This document shows positions 49,035 through 58,747 of a DNA stretch of 62,406 nt, piece by piece. A program made the translations under genes and the position numbers. The stretch is from Promethearchaeota archaeon (GTDB taxonomy: Archaea > Asgardarchaeota > Lokiarchaeia > Sigyniarchaeales > SOKP01). A model generated the notes under the pieces. It was not told the DNA's origin. It made no database searches and worked only from the letters and a program-made list of their open reading frames with translations. Each line of letters begins with the position of its first letter. Position 1 is the stretch's first letter. The stretch is from the NCBI GenBank assembly GCA_016840085.1, contig JAEOTA010000034.1:1-62406 (forward strand). The letters are read 5' to 3'.

Positions 49035-49985
49035 CTATTCTTTACTTCTCATTATATTTTCACTAAAAAAGTAATCGTAGTCTTTTATCAATTTAATGTT
49101 ATTTTTACTTCTTAAAATGATTTTATTTTTAGTTATACTCTCAACGATATAGTATTCATTACTAATTAAAATTTCATCATTGATCCTTATTGGTAAAAAC
49201 TTTACTGAAGTTTTTAATCGGTAAAGATTCTTTCCTTTCTGAGAATCTCTTCCTATTAATTTTTTTGTTCTTTTTAGTAAGAAGTGGTATTTTGATTTTA
49301 AAAATTTTATGATGGAGTTCATTAATTCATTTGTACTAAGATATAGGTCCATACCATTTTTTTGATCTACAAGTTTAGAAATGTATTGCCTAGGATCTTT
49401 TTCAAATAACTTATCTACAAATTTGTTAATCTCATTTAATATATTATCTATTAAGTCTGTATATTTTTCGTCTTTTACCCGTAGTTGGATAATTGATATA
49501 AAATAAGTACCCCCTCTTAAATTAGAACAATTTTTGCATAATATTGGATTGAAATTCAACTTTACAACTTGTTTATGTTTTATTTCAGAACTTCCTTTCA
49601 AATTTCCTTTAATTTCTACTTCAATAGATTTCAAATAATCTTTTGAAGAATACTTGAGACTATTTTCTTCAAATTTAAGAGAAAAATCAATTTTATTCTG
49701 TTTTATTAAAGGTTTTAATAAAAATCTATGAATAGCTTCTTTAATTATAGAAAATAATTCATTTTCTGAAGGTAAAATCCACATATCTTTTTTAGAATAA
49801 CTTCCACAATCAATACAGATATTTAAAGATAGATTTTTAGGTAAATCAAATAATGGATTTTCACTTAAATAACACTTTAAACACATTCCAAAATGAGGAG
49901 AATCTTTATCTAATCTTGTTCCACAAATAGCACAAAATCTATGAGGCATTAAAACATCATCTTTAAAGCCATTGGAATGCCACAA
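49035..49985 (-). CDS. nmd3: NMD3 family large-subunit biogenesis factor
   Basis: FCAICG, CLKC, CIDCG, CKNC, IIQLR, KLIGRD..G..LYR. True start is likely MPHRFC (ATG overlapping the DUF424 stop). Confidence 0.85.
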   Translation of the reverse strand: MWHSNGFKDDVLMPHRFCAICGTRLDKDSPHFGMCLKCYLSENPLFDLPKNLSLNICIDCGSYSKKDMWILPSENELFSIIKEAIHRFLLKPLIKQNKIDFSLKFEENSLKYSSKDYLKSIEVEIKGNLKGSSEIKHKQVVKLNFNPILCKNCSNLRGGTYFISIIQLRVKDEKYTDLIDNILNEINKFVDKLFEKDPRQYISKLVDQKNGMDLYLSTNELMNSIIKFLKSKYHFLLKRTKKLIGRDSQKGKNLYRLKTSVKFLPIRINDEILISNEYYIVESITKNKIILRSKNNIKLIKDYDYFFSENIMRSKE

Positions 49986-50239
49986 ATGGTTTTATAGTGA
50001 GTAACGATTTTACAATCAATTGCTTTCTTGATTATGTTATTACCAATTATATTGAAATATGATGCTACTCTTAAGATCTCAATGGCATCTTCCAAATTTA
50101 TTAATTTTCCTCCAAAAAATTGATTAGAAATTTCAATTTTTAAATTATCTTCTTTAAATACTTTGTTTAGGAGTTCTTCATCACAACAAGCAATTATTTC
50201 TAATTCACCTTGAAGGTGGATTTTAAGGAATACTCTCAT
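49949..50239 (-). CDS. DUF424 family protein
   Basis: IIACCDEELL, FFGG, NIIG...I..A, I.GIP.A. Confidence 0.85.
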   Translation of the reverse strand: MRVFLKIHLQGELEIIACCDEELLNKVFKEDNLKIEISNQFFGGKLINLEDAIEILRVASYFNIIGNNIIKKAIDCKIVTHYKTICGIPMALKMMF

Positions 50240-50254
50240 TTTTTATTTTTAATA

Positions 50255-50668
50255 TTATTTTTCTTTAATTTCTTGTCTAGCTCCGCAGGCTGTACATTTC
50301 AAATAATCTTTTTTTCCTTCTCTTTGAATTTGCGTATCTGGTTTATTACAAATGCTACATAATACATAAGTTTTTGTATAATTTTCAATTAGTCGATTTA
50401 AGACCTGAGCCTTATATTGACCTTTTAAAAATAATTGTTGACCCCTAATTTCACCCATTGTTCCTGCTTTTTTAAGAAAAATTCCTGTGAAATGCTTTTT
50501 ATCTCTATTCAGAATACCAATTATCTTATTAAAATTAGTAATGAAACTATTCCTACTTTCAATTCGTAACTCTACTTTTGGAATTTCAAATCTAGAAGAT
50601 TGCTTTACATTTTCTGGAATCTTTTCATATGCTTTATCTAATAATTCCTTATAATTATTTAAATCCAT
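50255..50668 (-). CDS. eif2b: translation initiation factor aIF-2 beta
   Basis: Y..LL..AY, RFEIP, NF..I...LNR, YVLCSICNKPDT, C.ACGA. Confidence 0.95.
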   Translation of the reverse strand: MDLNNYKELLDKAYEKIPENVKQSSRFEIPKVELRIESRNSFITNFNKIIGILNRDKKHFTGIFLKKAGTMGEIRGQQLFLKGQYKAQVLNRLIENYTKTYVLCSICNKPDTQIQREGKKDYLKCTACGARQEIKEK

Positions 50669-50766
50669 GGTTTATTGTTCTATTTATTTTCTTTATTAAT
50701 ATGAAATACAATATTAGAAAAATAGTTTACCATTATTTAAAATAAAGTAGAAATTTTCAAGTTAAA

Positions 50767-51504
50767 TTAAAAAGATTCATAGATATTATCATCTGATTCA
50801 TAAATACGCGATTCTAGGATTAGATCATTTAGGTATGTTCTTAATTCTATATCAGTAATTTTCGTTTCATTTTTTATTTTTTCAAAATCTACACCATTTC
50901 CCTCTACAGAATATTTTTTAATTATTAAATAGACTTGTTCTTTTTTAGTCTCGATTTCTTTATTATTTTGACTCTCTTCAAATAAATTGTCAATATCAAG
51001 TTCGTTTGAAAATTCTTTAAAATCTAGAATTTTTGTTGGAGTATCTTGAATTTCACCTAATTTGATTTTTTTAATTATTTCAGCATTTCTTAACAAAATA
51101 AAATTTGGGTGTTCCACTTTTTTAATAATTTCAATCCATAACGAAACAAAATCCTGCCATTTACTAACACGACCGATAATATCTACAACATCTCCAAGAT
51201 TAAATCTTTTGTACTTTTCAGGATTAATATTTCTTATTAATCCTTTTATCAATCCGGTACCATCATCTAAATCGAAATCTAATCCTATATTTGAGTTAAT
51301 ATCTACTTCTTCTTCGAAATTATCTTCTTTTAATTCAGTCAATTTTTCTTTTTTATTAATAATTGTAGCTATTATTCTTATTCGCTTAACTCTTCCAAAG
51401 ATTGTATGGAAAATTTTCTTATTTTCATCATAAATTCCTTCTATAATATGCTTAATCCAGCAATGAATAGCAGGGGATCTTTTGTAGCTGATCGAATCAC
51501 TCAT
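50767..51504 (-). CDS. RPA32-like OB-fold protein with C-terminal winged helix
   Basis: RIRIIATI, LDDGTGLI, GDVVDIIGRV OB fold, acidic linker, C-terminal wHTH (L..L.....IYE). Confidence 0.75.
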   Translation of the reverse strand: MSDSISYKRSPAIHCWIKHIIEGIYDENKKIFHTIFGRVKRIRIIATIINKKEKLTELKEDNFEEEVDINSNIGLDFDLDDGTGLIKGLIRNINPEKYKRFNLGDVVDIIGRVSKWQDFVSLWIEIIKKVEHPNFILLRNAEIIKKIKLGEIQDTPTKILDFKEFSNELDIDNLFEESQNNKEIETKKEQVYLIIKKYSVEGNGVDFEKIKNETKITDIELRTYLNDLILESRIYESDDNIYESF

Positions 51505-51651
51505 AAGAATTTTATCTCATTATTTAATATTTTATATTCAAATTTCGTTAAATATAGAAGTAATTATTAAATGAGTAATATTTGAATGGTTTCTGATAAT
51601 AAATTCTTTTGAAATCATGTTAACCAATTTGAAAAATATAATTTTAAATAT

Positions 51652-51786
51652 TGGTAGCGGGGGTTCGATTTGAACGAACGAATCTGCCATTCGTCCGTTA
51701 ATGGACAAATGATCTCAGGGTCTCTCTATGGAGTGGAAGTGCCATTTATGAGCCCTGCGGCATAAACCAGGCTAGCCCACCCCGCT
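51652..51786 (-). tRNA. initiator tRNA-Met(CAT) with two introns, CCA encoded
   Basis: A1-U72 acceptor AGCGGGG/CCCCGCT, GGG/CCC anticodon stem, CAT at 51750-51748. Intron at 37/38 (51746-51722) and an intron of about 30 nt in the variable region. T-arm GTTCGTTCAAATCGAAC and 3' ACCA. Confidence 0.9.
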
Positions 51787-52045
51787 AAGAATGAACGTAT
51801 TGGGATATAATTGTTAAAGTTATATAGTTATTATATATATTGCAATATAAACCTCATAATTAAATTTTTTACTTTTTCAAAGGATTTGTTAAACATTACT
51901 AGTAATTTTTTTAACCGATTTGTAAAAAATTTAAATTATATAAACTTGAAGTCGTTTTTAGCTTAATTTAAAGAAATTCTCCTTCAAATTTATTTATTTT
52001 AACGGAAAAGTTTAACTTGTAATTTTAATTAAATAATAAAAAATA

Positions 52046-53887
52046 GTGTTTGAATACTACAGCTATATGACTTCCTTTAATTCAATTTTGATAGATTTTT
52101 TTTTAAACCCGTGGTTTTTATTATCACTACTTTTTTGGTTGATTGTTTTGGTATTAGTTTATTTATTAAGAAATAAAAAAGAAGCCGCTTATCTTTTTTT
52201 TCCATTATTAGTAATGTTTAAAACAAAAAGATTAAACAATTTTATAAAGAAAATTTCAAGAAAAGCTCCTAAATTCTGGAGAATTTTCTGGACAATAGGA
52301 ATATTTATCTCATTTGGAATTACTATTTTTGCTTTTTATTTCTTTTTTGCAAATTTTATTAATTTGATTATAAATCCTAGAATCGAACAAGCCATTGTTC
52401 CTCTTATTCCAGGAGTAACTATAAATCTTCCTCTCTTTTTTTACATGATTCTTCCTCTCTTATTTGTCATAACTACTCATGAATTTGCTCATGGTATTTC
52501 TGCTAGTTCTGAAGATGTAGATGTTAAATCTACCGGTGTTCTTGGAGCATGTCTTTTTTTTATAATCGGCTTTGGAGCTTTTGTAGAGGTAGATGAGCGA
52601 GAATTACATTCAAACAAGATTCATAGGAATACTCGTTTAAGGATTGCAGCAGCAGGAACTTATGTTAATGCTATTACAGCAGGAATTGCTTTTATATTGA
52701 TATTATCTTTTCCCCTAATTATTTCCCCTACTTATCGACAAGTAACTCAAGTAAGAACCGTATTAAGAGCAGAAGAAGGCGGATTTAATTATGGAAACCT
52801 TTTGAGTGGTGATGTAATTCTTGCAATTAAAAAAGAGGGTGCTTTAGATGATGATTATATTAATCTTGATGATTATAAAGGATACACTCTTTCTAATATC
52901 TTATATAACAAAACAGAATTAAGATGTTCTATAGGTGAAAATCTCACATTCAAAATATACAATCCTTCTAAAGATACTTACTCAGAAAAAAAAATTATTT
53001 TAGGGCCACGATATAATGTAGGGATCGGATATAGATATAATTCCAATGGTACCGCGTTTGAAATTACGAAAATTTATCTCGAAAATGAGGGAGGAAATAA
53101 TTACAATAAAAATCTGTCAGTAGGATTAGTTATAAAAGAAATAAATGGAATTCCTATAAATATTTCTCTAGGTAATTCATTAGAGAAAGTATTAACAACT
53201 TTCAATTTAAAAAGTATAAATCTTACAACAGATTTAAAAACTTATATTTTGGATGTAGATGTTGATGGCGTTCTTGTAGGAATTCAAAGTAATTCATATT
53301 TTATGCATAAAAATCAAATAGCAAAATTCTTTACAAGTTATTTTCCGGAATTATTAATAAGAGAATTATCATGGCTTTTCATAATTGCTTTTAGTGTAAC
53401 ATTATTTAATACATTGCCTTTACCCGTTTTTGATGGAGATAGAATGGTGAAAGAGTTAATTAATTGGGGATTTGGTGAAAATTATAATTCTTTAAAGAAA
53501 AAAAGAGATAAATATCTATTTAAGGATGATGAAAACGAATTTGAATTATCCGAATACCGTATTGAAAAAATAGACTCTGTAAAAATCATAATTGAAGATC
53601 CCAGAATAATAACTGAAAAGAGTGAAATCATATTACCTAAAGAAAAGTATAAATTAATAGATAAGATTAACGATGGATTTAATGATACAGTATCTTTAAA
53701 TCTCCCTAAAAAAACCAATATTGGAGAAAATGCAACAATTGAAATCTCTTATCAATATTGGTATGATGAGAAAAGAAAGATAAAAAGAATAATTGTTAAT
53801 AGTTTACGATTATTAACCTTATTTATTGTTGCAGGTAATTTTATTTTATCCTTCGTAAAATTTGGCGGTATAATCTTCTGGATTTAA
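52046..53887 (+). CDS. site-2 protease (M50) membrane metalloprotease with PDZ-like inserts
   Basis: HEFAH, GAFVE, RIAAAG..VN, FNTLPLPVFDGD. Confidence 0.92.
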   Translation: MFEYYSYMTSFNSILIDFFLNPWFLLSLLFWLIVLVLVYLLRNKKEAAYLFFPLLVMFKTKRLNNFIKKISRKAPKFWRIFWTIGIFISFGITIFAFYFFFANFINLIINPRIEQAIVPLIPGVTINLPLFFYMILPLLFVITTHEFAHGISASSEDVDVKSTGVLGACLFFIIGFGAFVEVDERELHSNKIHRNTRLRIAAAGTYVNAITAGIAFILILSFPLIISPTYRQVTQVRTVLRAEEGGFNYGNLLSGDVILAIKKEGALDDDYINLDDYKGYTLSNILYNKTELRCSIGENLTFKIYNPSKDTYSEKKIILGPRYNVGIGYRYNSNGTAFEITKIYLENEGGNNYNKNLSVGLVIKEINGIPINISLGNSLEKVLTTFNLKSINLTTDLKTYILDVDVDGVLVGIQSNSYFMHKNQIAKFFTSYFPELLIRELSWLFIIAFSVTLFNTLPLPVFDGDRMVKELINWGFGENYNSLKKKRDKYLFKDDENEFELSEYRIEKIDSVKIIIEDPRIITEKSEIILPKEKYKLIDKINDGFNDTVSLNLPKKTNIGENATIEISYQYWYDEKRKIKRIIVNSLRLLTLFIVAGNFILSFVKFGGIIFWI

Positions 53888-53904
53888 TTTAACAAAAATT
53901 TACA

Positions 53905-54888
53905 ATGGTTTTGATGTCTCATCTTAACAATTTTTTAAATAGAGGTAAATGTTCATATTGTAATAATTCGGTTTTAATTCAACGTAAATATTCAGGAGAA
54001 AATCTATGTCAGCAATGCTTTGTAAATAACATAGAGAAAAATGTAAATAATACCATTTCAAAATATAGAATGTTAAATCCAAATGATAAAATTATAGTAG
54101 GGTTATCTGGTGGAAAAGATTCCATTGCTCTCCTATATAATTTAAACAAGATTCAAAAAAAAGTATATCAATCTGAACCAATTATTGCTTTAATCATAGA
54201 TGAGGGTATTAAAAACTATAGAGAAAATAGTATTAAAAAAGCCAAAGAATTTTGTATAAAATATGAAATTGAATATAAAGTCATATCATTTAAAGAAAAA
54301 ATTGGCTATACATTGGATGAAATAATTAAAAAAAAAAGGGACTCTTCAGATTATAAATATGCTTGTAATTATTGTGCTACATTTAGACGGAGATTATTAA
54401 ATGACGGTGCAAAAGAATTTGGTGGTACAGTACTAGCATTGGGACATAATCTTACAGATTTAGCAGAAACTTATCTAATGAATATTCTCTATAAACGTTT
54501 GCATTTAATTGGGAATCAATATTTTTTTAAAGAGGAAAATGTAAAAGTAAGGCAATACTTCATAAAGAAGGTTATACCTCTTATGAGAATTCCTGAAGAA
54601 GAGATCTTATTATATGCAAATATTAAGAAATTTAATTATTATCCATTACACTGTCCATACAGAGAAAAAGATCCAATTATTAGAAAGAGAGTTTTAGATT
54701 TTATTCAAGAATGTAAAAAATACAGCCCAGAAATAGAATTCAATTTACTCAATGGATTTTTAGAATTATCTGCTGTGCTCTATAATCAAATTGAAGGAAA
54801 ATTATTTCAAACATGTCAATTGTGTGGTTATCCGTGCGGAAATGGTCAAATTTGCATTTACTGCCGTTATTTAAAAGAATTTGATTAA
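53905..54888 (+). CDS. tRNA 2-thiolation protein (NcsA/TtuA/Ncs6, TIGR00269-like)
   Basis: CSYC..C..C, SGGKDS PP-loop, CNYC..FRR, GHN..D..E, CPY, C-terminal C..CG...C..C. Confidence 0.9.
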   Translation: MVLMSHLNNFLNRGKCSYCNNSVLIQRKYSGENLCQQCFVNNIEKNVNNTISKYRMLNPNDKIIVGLSGGKDSIALLYNLNKIQKKVYQSEPIIALIIDEGIKNYRENSIKKAKEFCIKYEIEYKVISFKEKIGYTLDEIIKKKRDSSDYKYACNYCATFRRRLLNDGAKEFGGTVLALGHNLTDLAETYLMNILYKRLHLIGNQYFFKEENVKVRQYFIKKVIPLMRIPEEEILLYANIKKFNYYPLHCPYREKDPIIRKRVLDFIQECKKYSPEIEFNLLNGFLELSAVLYNQIEGKLFQTCQLCGYPCGNGQICIYCRYLKEFD

Positions 54889-55877
54889 TGAGTCTTGTCA
54901 ATTAAATATTCTCCCATTTCTTTTAGTTTATTATATTCTCTTATTTCTTCTTTAAATAATGGAACTTCAATCAAATTTTTCTTTAATTTTTCCATAAAAA
55001 TATCTTTTATTTTCACCAAATTCTTTTGCTGCATTTCTCTTCTCGCTTTACAAAAAACACACAGTTCAGTAGTGTCTTGATACAATTGGTTCACAACAAT
55101 ATTAGAGACGGGAATTTTATGTTTGATCAATTCGTTTAATAATCGACCAGTCTCAGTGATAGCCATTTCTTCAGGTATCATTACAATTATAAATGAATTC
55201 TTAATAGGATTTGTAAGATCTTCCCTAGCATTTAAAATAGCATTATTTAGTCTTTCTAGAACCTCTAGTGAATTATCGTCCTTTTTTTCCTCCCTACTAA
55301 ATAACCTTTTAACAGCTCCAAACATCTTCCCTATTCTTATTCTCATTTTTATAAGCTTCCCAATCCATCCAGATAAAGTTTCTGGTAAACTTAAAAATCT
55401 TAAAGTATGTCCTGTAGGAGCTGTATCAAATATTACTAGATCATATTCATGTTCTGTTTCGATAAATTCTAAAATTTTTCCAAAAGCTAAAGCTTCATCA
55501 ATTCCAGGAGGAGTTAATGAAGTTAGTTCTTCCATATCCCCAAATAATGGCATATTTTCCATTAATCCAGACATACCCATCTCTTCCATTGGATTTATGT
55601 TAGTTAATCCCTTTAATTCAGATATATTTGCCTTTGGATTAATCTCTAATGCCGTAAGATTCTCTATTCCTTCAATTGGAGTAGGTACACCAGGGGGTAA
55701 ATCAACACCTAAACTATCCCCTAAAGAATGAGCTGGATCAGTACTTATAATTAGTGTATTTCTTCCATGCTCAGCGGACCAAATTGCTGAACTTGCAGCG
55801 CAACTCGTTTTTCCTACGCCACCTTTCCCCCCAAACATAACCATTCTTAAATTTAACAAAATATCCTTCAATTGCAT
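54885..55877 (-). CDS. ArsA/Get3 (TRC40)-family ATPase
   Basis: GGKGGVGKT, STDPAHSL, PGIDE, DTAPTGHTLRFL, Met-rich insert, CVFC near the C-terminus. Confidence 0.92.
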   Translation of the reverse strand: MQLKDILLNLRMVMFGGKGGVGKTSCAASSAIWSAEHGRNTLIISTDPAHSLGDSLGVDLPPGVPTPIEGIENLTALEINPKANISELKGLTNINPMEEMGMSGLMENMPLFGDMEELTSLTPPGIDEALAFGKILEFIETEHEYDLVIFDTAPTGHTLRFLSLPETLSGWIGKLIKMRIRIGKMFGAVKRLFSREEKKDDNSLEVLERLNNAILNAREDLTNPIKNSFIIVMIPEEMAITETGRLLNELIKHKIPVSNIVVNQLYQDTTELCVFCKARREMQQKNLVKIKDIFMEKLKKNLIEVPLFKEEIREYNKLKEMGEYLIDKTH

Positions 55878-55933
55878 TTTTGAATTTACACCATTTTTAT
55901 TAAATCATGATAAGATTGAGTACGGAATTAATA

Positions 55934-57220
55934 TTAATAGTCGATTTTATAACGAAGAATTGCCGCAATTCCTCCAAAAGTACTATTTAACATTTCTCCT
56001 TCTTCGGTTTCTGTCGATAAAATTTCAACATTCGTACCAGTAGATTCGGCTATTTCTCCAAGATCTTCAATAATTGAATTAATTTCAATAATTTTAAATG
56101 AATTTGAACTACATTTTGGGCATATCTCTTCTTGAGCATCTCCTTTAATTTTTTCTAAAATTTTTTCCTTCACAATTCTAATTTCGCTATATTCACAATT
56201 TGTACATCCTAACTTAATTTTGTAAGTATCCAGTTTTTCAGAAAGTAAAAGTGTATCGACTGCACCATAATTCAAAGCCCTCTGTATTTCTTCTAACCCA
56301 TAAGTAGCTAGACCAGACTCATTAGAAACTTCTTTCATAAAACTTTGCATAGCTTCTTTTTCACGAATGTATTTGACATTTTCCATTTGTTCTTTAACTT
56401 TTTCTATTAACGCTCGAATCCCTTCGACACCACTATACCCAATATCTACAACATCTAATATCTTATCCCGCAATCTATAATCTAAACTCTCATCCTTTAC
56501 AAATTTTTCTTTTGAAGGTCCTGGACCACCTATAAAAATACCTTGTAAATCTTCAAAACCTAAAAAAATCTCATTTACTGTATCAGAAATTCGTCTATAG
56601 AAAGCTATTTCTGCTTCTTCATTTAATCTTTCAAATCTTCTCTGTGATTGGCCCCCTGCACTATGCTTCGAATGAATTCCGGATGTAAATTCTTTTACGA
56701 CTTCTATAGTATTTCCTTTAATATAACCTACTGCGGATTCTTTTCGCCCAATTACTAATAAACCGTAAGTCTCCTTAGAAGTAAGCATTTCCTCCAAGGG
56801 CCATAATAAGAATTCACTCGCACAGTGGTATCTAAATGTGGTAACTCTATCAGGAGGTTCAACTATATATAACTCATTTTTCTCAGTCCCAGGTGTATTA
56901 CTTTGAGGAATTGCTCCAGAAAACATAACTAGTCCACTTTCGGGAACTTCTTTAATATTTTTTAATTGGCCTAAAAGACTAGAAATACTATCTAATACAT
57001 TTTTTCGAGTTAGTTTTGATTTGATATTTTGACTTTCACTTACTTCATTTTTCAGATGGTTTGTAACATCTGAAATTTTTCTGTCGTGAGGGATATATAC
57101 AGAAATTAATTCAGTATGAAAACCCTTTTTACTTTTAAGATCTTCTATTAGTTGTTTAGTTTTATAAATTTTTAAATCATTAGGTTTCTTTTTTGTTGCT
57201 GAACTCATATCCATCTTCAA
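55934..57220 (-). CDS. prf1: peptide chain release factor aRF1
   Basis: TELISVYIP, NIKS, YHC.S.F, GGQSQRRF, FGGIAAILRY. Confidence 0.97.
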   Translation of the reverse strand: MKMDMSSATKKKPNDLKIYKTKQLIEDLKSKKGFHTELISVYIPHDRKISDVTNHLKNEVSESQNIKSKLTRKNVLDSISSLLGQLKNIKEVPESGLVMFSGAIPQSNTPGTEKNELYIVEPPDRVTTFRYHCASEFLLWPLEEMLTSKETYGLLVIGRKESAVGYIKGNTIEVVKEFTSGIHSKHSAGGQSQRRFERLNEEAEIAFYRRISDTVNEIFLGFEDLQGIFIGGPGPSKEKFVKDESLDYRLRDKILDVVDIGYSGVEGIRALIEKVKEQMENVKYIREKEAMQSFMKEVSNESGLATYGLEEIQRALNYGAVDTLLLSEKLDTYKIKLGCTNCEYSEIRIVKEKILEKIKGDAQEEICPKCSSNSFKIIEINSIIEDLGEIAESTGTNVEILSTETEEGEMLNSTFGGIAAILRYKIDY

Positions 57221-57303
57221 AAATTTAAAATTTTACAAAAAATTAATAGTTTTTCTTTATATGAATCTATATAAAGAACTATAATAATATTTACGTTAAA
57301 ATT

Positions 57304-58101
57304 ATGACTTTGGATGAAAATGAAAACCATGAAATTCCTAAAACCCACCCTCGCTATGAAAGTCTTAAATATCGTCATAAAATTATTGAAGGTTTGAAAA
57401 AATTGGTAGTTACTGAGGCAGGCTTAATAGCACATGGGAGAGGTGAATGCTTTGATTATATTATAGGAGAAAAGACGACTCAACCAGCGAAAAAAGCAAT
57501 AAGAGCTGCTGTAGCAGCATTATTAATCGCAGAGAAACCTGTTATAAGTGTAAATGGAAATATTGCAGCATTAATTCCCGAGGAACTAACTGCTCTAGCT
57601 AAAATCTTAAAAGTGCCCCTTGAAATCAATTTATTTTATCGAAAAGAAGGTAGAATTGAAGCTATTAAAAATGTATTACAAAAAGCTGGTGCTACTGATA
57701 TAAGAGGTATCAATGAAGAAAAGATGGTTGAACTTCAAGGTCTTGAGAGTAATAGAAGAAAAGTAGATTTAATTGCTAAAGCTGATCTAGTAATGGTACC
57801 TTTAGAAGACGGAGATCGAACAGAAGCTCTAAAAAAGTTAAAAAAGAAAGTTATTGCAATTGATTTAAATCCCATAAGTAGAACTGCTTTATGGGCAGAT
57901 ATCACTGTTGTTGATAATGTGGTAAGAACTATACCTAAAATGATAGAAATCGCAAAAGAATTAAAAAAATTAAATCGGATACAATTAAATAAAATTATAG
58001 ATAATTTTAACAATAAAAATAATATTCAAAATATGTTAGATTTAATAATTGAGTATATTGAAAAACAAAAAAGCGAAGCATTTAATATCCTAAAGGGATA
58101 A
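57304..58101 (+). CDS. 4-phosphopantoate--beta-alanine ligase (archaeal phosphopantothenate synthetase)
   Basis: IP..HPRY.SL..R, GLIAHGRGE.FDY.IGE, SVNGN, VPLEDGDR, IDLNP.SRT. Confidence 0.93.
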   Translation: MTLDENENHEIPKTHPRYESLKYRHKIIEGLKKLVVTEAGLIAHGRGECFDYIIGEKTTQPAKKAIRAAVAALLIAEKPVISVNGNIAALIPEELTALAKILKVPLEINLFYRKEGRIEAIKNVLQKAGATDIRGINEEKMVELQGLESNRRKVDLIAKADLVMVPLEDGDRTEALKKLKKKVIAIDLNPISRTALWADITVVDNVVRTIPKMIEIAKELKKLNRIQLNKIIDNFNNKNNIQNMLDLIIEYIEKQKSEAFNILKG

Positions 58102-58206
58102 ATTTTTTAGTTTTTTTTATTCATAAAAACTTAAAAGTTTCAAATATTATATCGTATATATTAATAAAGCTATTTTTCTATTAAAAATATTTGAGCAAGA
58201 ATAGCG

Positions 58207-58734
58207 ATGGGTACTGATAAAGATACAAAGATTAATTTATTCGATACATATAAAAATAAACAAGAAATTCTTATAAGACGATGTACTTTAGATGATTTAG
58301 ATGGAGTAATTGATGTAAATGAAAGAGAACTTCCAGAAGATTACCCCTACTTTTTTTACAAAAGCATACTTGATGATTATCCAGAATCTTTTTTGGTAGC
58401 TCAAAATAAAAATGGTAAAATAGTTGGATATGTTATGTGGAGAGTTGAAAAGGCACCCTCCTTCGATGGTTTAAAATATGAAAATAAAGGACATTTAGTT
58501 TCTATCGCGGTGTCAGAAGATTATAGGAGAAAAGGAATTGCATTTGAATTATTATCAAATAGTATGTCAGCAATAAAGAAATATAGAATCAAAAATTATG
58601 TTCTGGAAGTTAGAGTATCAAATTATAGCGCTATTAAATTATACGAGAAATTTAATTTCAAAACAAAAGGCATAAAAAAGAATTATTATAGAGACGGAGA
58701 AAATGCATATTTCATGGTCCGTGAAGTTAAGTAA
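58207..58734 (+). CDS. N-terminal acetyltransferase (Ard1/RimI-like GNAT)
   Basis: LPEDY, GH.VSIAV...YRRKGIA, LEVRVSN..AI.LY, YY.DGENA. Confidence 0.92.
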   Translation: MGTDKDTKINLFDTYKNKQEILIRRCTLDDLDGVIDVNERELPEDYPYFFYKSILDDYPESFLVAQNKNGKIVGYVMWRVEKAPSFDGLKYENKGHLVSIAVSEDYRRKGIAFELLSNSMSAIKKYRIKNYVLEVRVSNYSAIKLYEKFNFKTKGIKKNYYRDGENAYFMVREVK

Positions 58735-58747
58735 TAATAATTAATAC

